NCBI GenBank assembly: GCA_964016885.1
Contig: OZ024740.1
Coordinates: forward strand, 387,748,001 to 387,812,000
Length of the DNA: 64,000 nucleotides
DNA from: Eledone cirrhosa
Lineage: Eukaryota
Reading direction: 5' to 3'
The notes below the pieces were generated by a model. The model ran no database searches. It saw nothing but the letters and a program-made list of their open reading frames with translations, and was not told where the DNA came from. Positions 51,939 to 64,000 of this stretch are shown here, piece after piece; the stretch's first letter is position 1, and every line of letters begins with the position of its first letter. Position numbers and translations under genes: made by a program.

Positions 51939-51970
<32 letters not shown>

Positions 51971-51977
51971 GTTATTA

Positions 51978-52794
51978 CTCTTTGAGTCTCAGTCATTGAT
52001 GTTAGTTAACTGGAAAGTTTGTTGAGATGAATATCAAGCCACTACCTGCAGCCTCAGATATTCAGGACGTATCGGAGGGTTCTTGCTGTTCCCAGCAAGC
52101 ATGCCTTTTGAAGCGTTCCAAAAAGCGTGAAGGGGCCAATTTTCTTTAACCATCCCTGGAAACTTTTGGAGATAGTCCCTAGTGCGCCTATGACAATCGG
52201 GATCACTTTGACTTCATGGCAGTTCCAAATCCTTTTTATCTCCCACTTTAAGTCCTGGTATCGGTTAATTTTCTCCCTCTCCTTCTCTTGCACTCTCGTG
52301 TCGAATGGGTAGGCCACATCCACAATCAGGCACGATCTTTTTTCTTTGTCCACAACCACCAGGTCAGGTCTATTGTGTTCCAGTTTCTTGTCCGTCTGTA
52401 TCCTAAAATCCCACAGCACCTTCACCTGATCGTTCTCTATCACCGCCTCTGGCTTATGCTCATACCATTTCTCAGAATGTGGTAAATTGTTTACTTTGCA
52501 TAGGTGCCAGTGGATCACCCTGCCCATCACATCATGTCTCCAGCCCTTATAGTGGGTCTGGGCTAGGTGTTTACACTCGGATACAATGTGAGCCACAGTC
52601 TCCTCTCTCTCTCCACAGATCCTGCACAGTGGGATAGCCACTTCCTTGTAAATATGGTGTTTCAACCACTTCGTTTTGAGGGCCTGCTCCTGCGCAGCCA
52701 TTAACATTCCTTCTGTAGCCTTTTTAAGATCTCCTCTTTTCAACCAGTTCCATGTCTGTGGATCTCTAAATTCAGTTTTCTCAAAGAAGGTACT
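51978..52794 (-). mobile_element. R4/Dong family A, 3' fragment (D7)
   Basis: CCHC plus RLE, near-identical to D2/D3; (TAA)n on both sides. Confidence 0.92.
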
Positions 52795-52812
52795 ATTATT
52801 ATTATTATTATT

Positions 52813-55800
52813 GAATGCTATGGTTGACGGAGGCTCGGCTCTGTAAGGTATTGTAAATTTTGAACGCTTTAACAATTGTAAATTGTTTAAAACTTTTACC
52901 AACTTGTAGACAAAAACACCCTCCTCCTCGTGACAGGGGTCTTTCTGCCCGTTATTTGGCCCTTCGGGGTTAAATAACTGCTTATTGGGGTTTTGTGCCC
53001 AATATTTATTTTAAACAAAAAAAAAAACAACATGGCTACGAAAAAGAATTTTCATAGGTCACTCCCACTCATTCCGTCTTCTTCTTCCTCAATCGTCACT
53101 ACAGCAGAGAGAAGATTGTCTCTCTCCCTCCCTTCTTTAAATGTGTCTCTCTCCCTCCCTTCTCTTTCGTAAGCGACGACAGAACAGAAAAGTCTCGTGC
53201 AAAGCGTGTAAGATTTCTCCACGACGACGACGACAGCGACGAAACAGGTGTGCGGGAAATACGAAAACCCATTTCATTCGTCTGACGTCAGGAATAATAG
53301 CAGTAGCAGCCGTAATAACAACAGCAACAGTGACAATGAAAACAACAGTAGCAGACGCAACAGCATCAGCAGCAGCATAAACAACAACAGCATTAGCAGC
53401 AGCAACACCAACAACAACCACAGCAACAGCGGCGGCGGCAGTAGTCGTAGTACCTGCAGCAACAACAAAAGTAACAGCAGCTCTGACGACAACAACAACA
53501 ACAACAGCAGCAAAGAAAAACCAATCTCGTTTGCAGGTATCGCGAAGAACCTGGAAACAATCCTCATAACAAATGAGTAATTAGAGCAAGCGAAGAAGAT
53601 GGTGACAAAAACTGGACACCGAGCAATTTGCAAGGCAGCGGAAAAATTTTTCGAAACCCAACAGCACTGTACGGTCACGTAACGTACAGTAAGTACAAAA
53701 TCCCGTAGGGTGGAAAGAGCCACAGAGGCTCAAATACAAAAAGCCTTGGGGTCTGTGTGGCAGCGGAAAACACACATCACCCGAGGCAAGAAATATGCCA
53801 CCGTAGACGTACTTTTGGCTACACCCCAGGAGGCAAAGGCTCAATCCGTAGTGACCCTAAGGAGCGAGGAAATGGTGTTGGTGCCCTCCTACTGCGGGTA
53901 AAAAATTGTGAGGGTCAAACTGACCCACGTCCCCCCCACCCCGGATGGCCACTTCTTGGCTGGCCGCGTCTGTCCTCGTCGGAATCGAGGACAAAACAAC
54001 TGTACTGCAAGTACAGAAAAAAGTAAGAGAAGATTGGGTCGGCACCTCCATTGAGATGTTAATCCAAACCAACCAGGAGTGCATCGAAGCTATCCCGGAT
54101 GTGATAGACTTCGATAACGGCACTCAACTGCCCATAAGTGTTGAGGGCAAACGCCCGAAATGCTTTCGCTGTGGATCGAAGACTCACCTCAGGGCCTTCT
54201 GCAACGAGAAGACCCTGAGAAAGGAGAAAACCCCCCTCCTTCCGAAACCGGCTCAACGGCTACCAGCAACAGGACAAGCGGCAACCAGGAACGATAGGTC
54301 CGTGGCACCCATACCCACGCCACTGAAACCAAAAACAGCAGCAGCAGTGGAAGTATTAACAACAACAACAACAGCAATACCAAATGCAGCTGCAACAGAG
54401 ACTCCTGTGCAAACATCACCAACAACAACAAGTGAAAGAGTGGAGCTGGTACCCCTCCCCGACCTCACAGAATCAGACATGGAGTGTGAGGTGGGAGAGG
54501 GATGGCAAAAGGTCGTAAGAAGGCACAAACGCAGAAGCAGCGCATCGTCGCCTTTGAAAAGGGAGGAAAGAAATGAAAAAAAGGGTAAAGTCTACTGCAA
54601 AGAGACTCACAGCAGCAACACCACCCACACTAGCACCACCATCACCACCGGCGACAACCCCACCGCCAACAACAACAACACCTTCAACACCACCACCACA
54701 AGCACCAACATAGCAAACACAACAACAAAACACACACACCCAGCAAAAACGACAAGAAAATAGCAGAACCACACCCCACACCCAGAAAAACAAATGCACG
54801 GCAATAAATACACACAACAAGAAACTAATGACTTACATAATTGAACACACAGACATTTCACAACACGACTACATAATACCAGCACCAATCAAAACGCCAA
54901 CTAACATAAGACTGCTAAAAATAGCACAGAAACAATACACAAACATTAAAACGAAATTCCCCAACGCAGTAGGTGATTTCAGAGACCTAGGAGGAACTAT
55001 CAACCGAAGAGTATATTCGGACATACTCATAGAAGAGCCGATGACCAGCCGAAGGGACGATTCAACGGTCCCTTCACCAGACGATCAAGTGAAAAGGGAT
55101 GTAAAAACCATCCCTCCTCTACCAAAAGTACGGTAAGTGGTCTTTCCCATCTTTTCCACTCTATGTTAAACATGACCTCACTCAGAATAGGCAGCATAAA
55201 TGCGCGTGGCTTGGGGTTGTCATGGAAGCAGGGCCACCTGCTCAACGACTTCAGGTCACTAAACATAGCGAGACCAGAATCTCCGAAGCACGGGCCTTCG
55301 CACCGATCTTCGGCGGCTACGATGCGTACGCATCTCCCAGCCGTCCTGGGTCGGGGGGAGGAGTTGCTGTACTTTTTCGGAGAGGTTTGGATCTCGCCAT
55401 ACGGGCCATCTTCCTGGACCCAGAGGGTAAGTTGGTGGTGCTGGACGTGACCAGCGGAGACGGGCAAGCTTTCAGGCTAGTGGCCGTCTATGCTCCGACA
55501 GGAGCAGGGCGGCCTGATTTCTTCCGGCGCCTGGAGATCTTTCTTGGAACCACCTGCTCTTTAGTGTTAGTGGGCGACTGGAACGGGATCTTAGATGCAC
55601 GCTGGGACTGTGTGGGATTAGCGGATAGGGGTGGAGGGTGCAAGAGCCTCACCAACCTGCTCAGGCGTTTTGAACTGTCTGACAGGTACCGATTGGATTT
55701 CCCGAATGTTCCAATGTGGACTTGGACAAATCGCATAGGGTCATCCAAATCATATCTAGATAGAGTATTATGTAGGGAAATAGATAGGTCTAGCATAGGC

Positions 55801-58670
55801 TGTCCACAATTCAAGATAGTCAGCTACACGGACCACAAATTCGTGACCTGTGTGCTTGACTTAGATAGGCTTCATAGACGAGGACCCGGCTACTGGAAGC
55901 TAAACGCGTCCTTACCAGCGCGCAAGGCCTACAGAGACCGGATTAGCGAACTAGTTAAGCGGGCGTTGACGGGGGCCATCGTCAACAACAAGTGGTGGTT
56001 TGCTCTGAAAAGAGCGATTAGAATAGAATCGATTAGGTTTAGTAAGGCTTTAGCAATAGAGAAAAATAGAGCAGAGGGAGAACTAGTTAGAAAATTAGAC
56101 GAGGCGCTTAGCAAAGGCATTGCGACCGACGTGCTTGCGGCGAAATTGGCCCTTGACCAATTCTTCAATGCAAAGCACGAAGGCTGCGTTGTCAGAGCTA
56201 GGGTGCGTGCTCTCAGACACGAGGGGACGAAAGCCGTTCAATGGGCCCGAATGGCGGAGGCGCGTCGTGGCAACAAAGCCACGATCCGGTCTTTGGTGGA
56301 CCACGACGGGCGCATGCTACTCGATCCCGGGCAAATGTGTGAAGCTTTGAAGGGGTAAATCGCCTGGTTTGGATGGTCTGCCCTATGAACTTTACGTACA
56401 GATGCCAGACTTGTTCGGAGGCCTCTTGGCGGACGTCTACTGCAACTGGCAACAGAACGGGAGAATTCCCAGTTCTGTGAGCCGAGGAGCGGTGGCACTG
56501 CTGAGAAAGGATCCGAACAAGGGGGATAACATAGAAAATTTCCGGCCCATAACTCTGCTAAACACAGAGTTTAAGATTTTGGCCAAGGTGCTAGCAAAGA
56601 GGTTGGCGCTTGTCGTTGGTGGTCTGGTGGGAGAGGCGCAGACATGCGCCATTCCCGACAGATCCATCCACGACAACCTCCACCTCATGCGATACATCGT
56701 AGAGAGGGTAGCTAGGGAACCTGGCACGGGTGGGTCCTTGATCAATTTAGATCAGTCGAAAGCTTTCGATAGGGTCGACCATCGTTACCTAGCGGCAGTC
56801 CTGAGGGCGGCTGGCTTTGGGCCCGTCTTCAGAGGCTGGATCGCTGCCATGCACAGCGACATCTGCTCTGTGGTGAGAGTGAACGGTCACCTGTCGGAAC
56901 CGTTCAACATCATGCGCTCGGTCCGCCAAGGATGTCCCCTCTCGTCCCTCTTGTACGTATTGACTCTCGAGCCATTACTGCACAAACTGGAGACGTTGAG
57001 GGGAGTCCCGCGCGAACTAGGATGCGGAAGATCCGTGTCAGCATATGCGGACGATGTCACCGTAGTGGTGTCGAACGCCAAACACATCGAGGCGATCGGC
57101 ACTACACTAAGAGAATACGAAGCGGTGACAGGAGCAATGATCAACCAGGAAAAGTCAGTGGGCCTGCAGCTCGGCACCTGGAGAGGCAGGTCCATGCCGT
57201 CCAACAGCGTCGTCGGACGCTGGACGGACGGACCGGTTAAATTGCTAGGGGTCTGGTTCGGTCCGGACCTCCAGACGGACAAAAACTGGGACGAGGTGAC
57301 GAGCAGGGTGGCTTCTCTCACCCAGAAATGGGCGGAGAGGAAGCTATCCCTGAAAGGTCGAGCGGAGGTGGCTAACGCGTACATCGCGTCTGTCATCTGC
57401 TACCGCCTGACCGTCGTACCTTGTCCTAAGCCCCGCCTGACTGCGCTGGAGCGTTTGCTCTTTCGCTTTTTGTGGAAGGGACGTGCTCCGATGGTCAGGC
57501 GGTCCATCTGTTGTCAACACCCGCTACGTGGAGGGCTGGGCATGCCGTGGCTGATGATGCGCAGGCACGCGCTCAGGCTACGACATCTCCACCTCTTCCT
57601 CGACGGTGATCAGGTGTGGTCGCCGTTTGCTAGGCGCGTATTTCCCCAGCTCGTTTCCTTGACGGAGCTGCAGTCCTGGGTCAAGCGAAGACCGAGAGGG
57701 AGCGCCTGGAGACTGGAATGTCTTCAGGCGCTCACAGCCCTCGACCAATCGGGCAATGTGATTGGTGGAAACTCCACCTTGGCGTTCTATAGAGGATTAG
57801 TGGAGGGTAAGAGCGACGACGTACTTGGGGAAACTCTAGGCGTCGACGAAAATCAACTAGCCAATCTCTTCGGAAGAACTTTCGGGCCGGGGCCTATGGA
57901 CAACTTCCAGAAATCTCTGGCCTGGCAGTGCTACCGAGGAGACTTGCCAGTTCGGGATAAACTCTACAGGCATGGAGGTGCCGTCAGCCGGGCATGTCCG
58001 AGATGCGCGCAGGGCGACGAAACCGTCCTGCACGCACTCGTCCAGTGTCTGAAAATTGCTGACTTGTGGGTTTATGTCGAACACCTGCTGTCGCGTTTAG
58101 GACGGATCCGGCTATCATCTGAGTCCATCGTGAGGATTGCCCCGCCCTCCTCCTTTAGCCGGGAAGGGCAGGCAGTTTTTATCTGTCTGGTGGCCATGGC
58201 GAAAGAGATAGTATGGTGGACACGTTTGAAAGGGCTGAAGACGAGCACTTACCTCTTCGGTGATGCTCTGATTGACTTTTTCAAATTTTATTTGAAAAGG
58301 AAAATCAGAGTAGAGAGGGAAGTGCTCTCTTCCCAGCATTTTGTTGAAAGATGGGTGAGAGAAGCAAGAATGGCCCGAGTGAATGGGCCTACTCTGAGTA
58401 TATATCTGTAAATTGAAGGTGGAAAACTGGGAGAGGGCACTTGCCTTGGTGGTCAGGGTCATTGTGGTTTTTTACTGGGCTTTCTCCACAAATGTCCCTC
58501 CGAAGTCTCCCCCCTATTGGGGAATTTTTCATTGTTATTTTCATTGTTATTTTTGTTACATCCTCTGTTTTTGTTTTTTACACGCAGAAATGCCCATTTG
58601 TACCGCCCTGCATTGTCCTGCACTGTCCTTAATGTCTACTTTATGTAAACCCTTGTGGTTAATAAAGAAA

Positions 58671-58672
<2 letters not shown>
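52813..58672 (+). mobile_element. Tx1/L1-clade LINE, near full length with internal deletion at ~56350 (T5)
   Basis: Decayed ORF1 ~53032-55136 (CFRCGSKTHLRAFC); ORF2 55163-58411 (APE, RT). The segment between MCEA and KSPGLDG that is present in T4 and T1 is missing. Confidence 0.94.
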
Positions 58673-58717
<45 letters not shown>

Positions 58718-58772
58718 GTTGTTGTTGTTGTTGTTGTTATTTTATATAAATATATATATATAAAGGGTAACG

Positions 58773-59657
58773 AGGGTTCGGATAACTATTTCAATCATAT
58801 CTCATTTTGTTTGACCCGTTTAGCTTGTTCGCTTTTTTGGCTAAGGTGTTTAATGGCTTCTTAACCATCGTCTCAGCGTGTATGACCATTTTAACTTATG
58901 TTTATAGCTCTGGTATCTTCTTCATATCCATGGAGCGCTTGTCTGCACAATACGGAAGTTGCGTTTTGCTAATTTCTACCCGCCGAAATGCGATTCTCGC
59001 TAAATTTATATTTGTATTAATCTCCCAAGTCAAGCGATTAACCAGTTAATTTTTTTTGATTTTATTTGATTTTTTTATTTATTTATTTTGGCTTTTTAGT
59101 TAATTCTATTGACTGATTAATTGCTTAAGTTTATTTTAAAAACAACTCGGTCGAGAGCTTAATTCGTTTTGTGCGGTTTTTGCAAATTTTTGCAATAACT
59201 ACACGTGCTGAATTCATTGGCCAGAATAGGGGTTTTCTCCCCTTAGAACCTCACATGTGCTTTCATAACCTGTGAGATTCTGGCGCACGTAGGACAAAAA
59301 CCTGTTGAGAAAGCGATGCCTTGTTCGATCATTATACCAAAAGCTTATTTTTTATAAGCAGATAGTTTATTGATTTAGGTGTTGCAGAAACCCAATTTCG
59401 GAGTATTCCATCTTCTCCAAGGGTCCGGATAACTATTTCAATCATATCTCATTTTGTTTGACCCGTTTAGCTTGTTCGGTTTTTTGACTAAGGTGGTTAA
59501 TGGCTTCTTAACCATCGTCTCAGCGTCTATGACCATTTTAACTTATGTTTATAGCTCTGGTATCTTCTTCATATCCATGGAGCGCTTGTCTGCACAATAC
59601 GGAAGTTGCGTTTTGCTAATTTCTACCCGCCGAAATGCGATTCTCGCTAAATTTATA
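58773..59657 (-). repeat. ~235-bp direct repeat pair, possibly a Penelope-like partial tandem
   Basis: 58773-59010 recurs at ~59421-59657; the minus translation weakly resembles a PLE N-terminus. Confidence 0.65.
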
Positions 59658-59671
59658 TATATATATATATA

Positions 59672-59773
59672 TAAATCTTCACCGCACAGGCATTGCACGA
59701 TGCCATTAATTGATAATTATTAATAATGTTATATCGTGCAATGACCATACTCGATAACGAGGGGGCAGCCATC

Positions 59774-59775
<2 letters not shown>
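59672..59775 (+). mobile_element. Minimal RTE-derived fragment
   Basis: cttcaccgcacaggcattgc (cf. 24908) plus cgtgcaatgaccatactcgataacgagggggcagccatcat (cf. 28387-28427). Confidence 0.7.
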
Positions 59776-59835
<60 letters not shown>

Positions 59836-60272
59836 ACACACACATATATATGTATGTATATATACATATGCATGTATGTACTTATGTGTGTATATCTACG
59901 TGTGTAGTTATCCTGTGTGTGTACGTGTATGTGCGCGCGTGTGTATGTTCCTAATATTTCATCTCCCTTAGTGTATGTATCACAATAGTGTACTGTCGCT
60001 CCCTCATTCTCCCTCACTTTCGCTGTATACATCTATCATTTCTCCCCCTTAACCCTATCTATCTTTCCCTTTGTACAATCATTTCTATTCTGTCAGTAGG
60101 GGAGAATTTCTGCCAAATGTAACAGAGAATATCAATGCATTTTAATGGTTGGCAATAACAACCTCAATGTGAAACCTGAAATCAAATTTCTTGTCATTAT
60201 CAGATTCCTTACTACACAAGACTCTAATAGAAAGTGAAATATCATGTCACTCATATATTTATATATATATGT

Positions 60273-60495
<223 letters not shown>

Positions 60496-60951
60496 CATAT
60501 CTATATATAAATCGAGAGCGGTGCAGTTTTTATAGATTGGTTGTTATAGAGCTCAGAAGAGTGAAACTCAAATAAACTTGGTTGGGAAGTGAATTGAGAA
60601 AGCATTGTAAGGTGATTAAAATACCACATGCTATTAGACATAAAACGTTAACGTATATGAATAAATAACACATGATATTTTGGCGGCTTCTGTACCTGAC
60701 TGATTGAATACATTTTTGTGCTGAAGTCTTATCCCGTCTCCATAACTAACAATAGTTCTCATATAATCTTATGAGAATATACTTGGTTGTAAAATTCCTG
60801 ACATGGGCTACTGATATCTTAATATCGCGATGCACTCCTTCATGTTACAGAATCCTAGGAGTCATTTTTATTCCTTTTAATTGCCCACCAGTCCTGAAAA
60901 ACAGCTACAGATTATGGGTGACAAGATTCTTCTTCTAAGATACAAACAACG

Positions 60952-61836
<885 letters not shown>

Positions 61837-62228
61837 AAAGTTTTATTTAAAATTGTTGGGTTACAACGAGTAAATATTTTATAACTGATATAAAGCACTC
61901 AACAAGTTTTTGAATAAATAAATAAATAAATGATTACAGTGCTTCCTCCCTCCTGGATCTCTCAATTTGTATGATGATTATTATTATTCATCTGTTGCCT
62001 CAGCTGCCTCTCATTTTTCACCTCCTCGCTGTTTCTCTCTCCCATATCTCTCTCTGTCTCTCTCTGTTTTTATTTACATACATTTATTCCTTTTCTCCGT
62101 CTTTCTTTCTAACTGTGCTCAACACTGAATATTTACAAACATTTCACTACCAAACCAACTTTTTTAAATGGATGTTGATCAATATTTTATGGTACGTCAA
62201 ATTTATTTATAAAACTGCTTATATATTG

Positions 62229-62294
62229 TATTTTATCTGAAGAAGGCATGCCATATTTTTAATATGGTATCCCTGAAATATGTATAGTGAAATA
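62229..62294 (+). ncRNA. Type I hammerhead ribozyme motif
   Basis: tattttat-CTGAAGA-aggcatgccatatt ttt aatatggtatccct-GAAA-tatgta-TA-gtgaaata; 13 of 14 pairs in stem II. Confidence 0.72.
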
Positions 62295-62335
62295 AATATG
62301 GTTTTATAAATATAGTTTCCATTTGTTTAATATCG

Positions 62336-62367
<32 letters not shown>

Positions 62368-62454
62368 TATATATATATAATGGAAAATTTGAACAGGAAC
62401 AAAACAGAGAGGCAGTACAACGAATGTTTATTAATTTCACGCTCTGGAGAGTGG

Positions 62455-62495
<41 letters not shown>

Positions 62496-63039
62496 GTTGT
62501 TTGTATCTTAGAAGAAGAATCTTGTCACCCATAATCTGTAGCTGTTTTTCAGGACTGGTGGGCAATTAAAAGGAATAAAAATGACTCCTAGGATTCTGTA
62601 ACATGAAGGAGTGCATCGCGATATTAAGATATCAGTAGCCCATGTCAGGAATTTTACAACCAAGTATATTCTCATAAGATTATATGAGAACTATTGTTAG
62701 TTATGGAGACGGGATAAGACTTCAGCACAAAAATGTATTCAATCAGTCAGGTACAGAAGCCGCCAAAATGTCGGTGTTATTTATTCATATACGTTAACGT
62801 TTTATGTCTAATAGCATGTGGTATTTTAATCACCTTACAATGCTTTCTCAATTCACTTCCCAACCAAGTTTATTTGAGTTTCACTCTTCTGAGCTCTATA
62901 ACAACCAATCTATAAAAACTGCACCGCTGTCAATTTAATGGAAAATACAATAGATTGTGTTTCAACGTAGCCAGATTGAAAATTGTATCAAGAAATATCT
63001 ATGCGTGAATGAGAATGTGATTATATATTTACATTAAAA

Positions 63040-63820
63040 AGAGTCGGGCCCGCCGGCTGAGCTCTTGCTGTTTCGACTGCTAATTCGCTAATTCGCGATG
63101 CATGCATACTTCTATGACTGAATGCGTTCCTTATTTCTCTCACAAAGCCCACAAACCGAACTTTGACCGCATACCCACCATCCGGCCCATTAACCCGACG
63201 AAGTCTGATATAAGGAGGATCAGTAAAAGGATCCTTTACAAAATCATACGCAGAGTAAAACAACAAACGAGGCTTAGCTTATGGACCAAAACACAAGAGG
63301 TCATATCCTGGTTCCAAGGTATCACAGATAAAGAGAACACTAAATTCATCCGATTCGATATCGAAAATTACTATACCTCAGTAACATAACCACTTCTAGA
63401 GGCGGTTATTGATTACGACCGAAATATTACACCAATCAAGGCATATACATCATTCTCCACGCCAGGAAGGCGGTCCTGTTCAACAAAAACTAAATCTGGA
63501 TAAAAAATCCCGAAACTCACCCTTCGATGTTAGTATGGGAGCAGCCAGCTCGGTGAAGTTTACCGACCTGATAGGCCTGTATATACTCCAGAAATTGACA
63601 GAACGGTTAACCCGCTCTCGGAGGGGGTTTATATTGAGATGACGGGCTCGTAACCTTCACTGGATAAAATAGGAGAAGAGTCTGGAATTAACTGTAGAAA
63701 CGGCAAGAGCTCAGCCGTCAGGCCTCGGGTCTTCCAAATATAGTCACATTCTACTATCCCAAGTATCGAGTACTCTGCTGAATAATGGTCTTACTTGTTT
63801 AAAACTGGTTAAATCTTGAT
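63040..63820 (+). mobile_element. Penelope-like RT fragment flanked by inverted terminal segments
   Basis: HKPNF...IRPINPTKSDIRRISKRIL...VISWF...FIRFDIENYYTSV, FDVSMG and LY*DDGL; 63054-63086 is inverted (diverged) at 63686-63717. Confidence 0.88.
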
Positions 63821-64000
63821 ATATATATATATATGCGGTTGTGTGTAATTAACATAAATGAGTCTCGCTGCAAGGATTTTAAGCTGTGATCTTGTCACAG
63901 TGATCACAGTGACCCTGCGAGGAGGCCAATCACTAACTTCTGGAAGAAGTTCTCGAGCAGAGGTTTGTGCTCAAAGCATAGAAAACGTATAGCTTAATTT

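Larger units (their letters stand above)
46031..51940 (+). mobile_element. Tx1/L1-clade LINE, full length (T4)
   Basis: 5' UTR, ORF1 46256-48231 (frameshifted), ORF2 48241-51662, 3' UTR with AATAAA, (TTA)n on both sides. Confidence 0.95.

Noticed and set aside
52915-52980. HDV-like ribozyme in the T5 5' UTR (TCCTCGT loop-like)
   Set aside because: P3, P1 and P2 pairings could not be completed.

Overview
Eukaryotic, AT-rich, microsatellite-dense DNA. A recurring tRNA-derived SINE suggests an octopod/coleoid cephalopod (inference). The only host coding sequence I can support is one 128-nt minus-strand exon encoding TM1 of a class B (secretin-like) GPCR, so the window is probably intronic. The dominant structure is a ~28 kb nest (30.5-58.7 kb) of 12 non-LTR retrotransposon copies separated almost only by (TTA/TAA)n tracts. 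Five Tx1/L1-clade copies (APE endonuclease) are all on +, and seven R4/Dong-clade copies (restriction-like endonuclease) are all on -. Other elements: an RTE LINE with three C-terminal C2H2-type fingers plus its non-autonomous derivatives in (TATG)n/(TA)n, a near-complete Tigger/pogo transposon, Helitron pieces, a CRE-like remnant, a perfect 40-bp minisatellite, and many Penelope-like fragments and non-coding direct/inverted repeats, several carrying minimal hammerhead ribozyme motifs. Most short ORFs in the track are translations of microsatellites or antisense shadows. All family calls come from motif recognition by eye; no database search was run.
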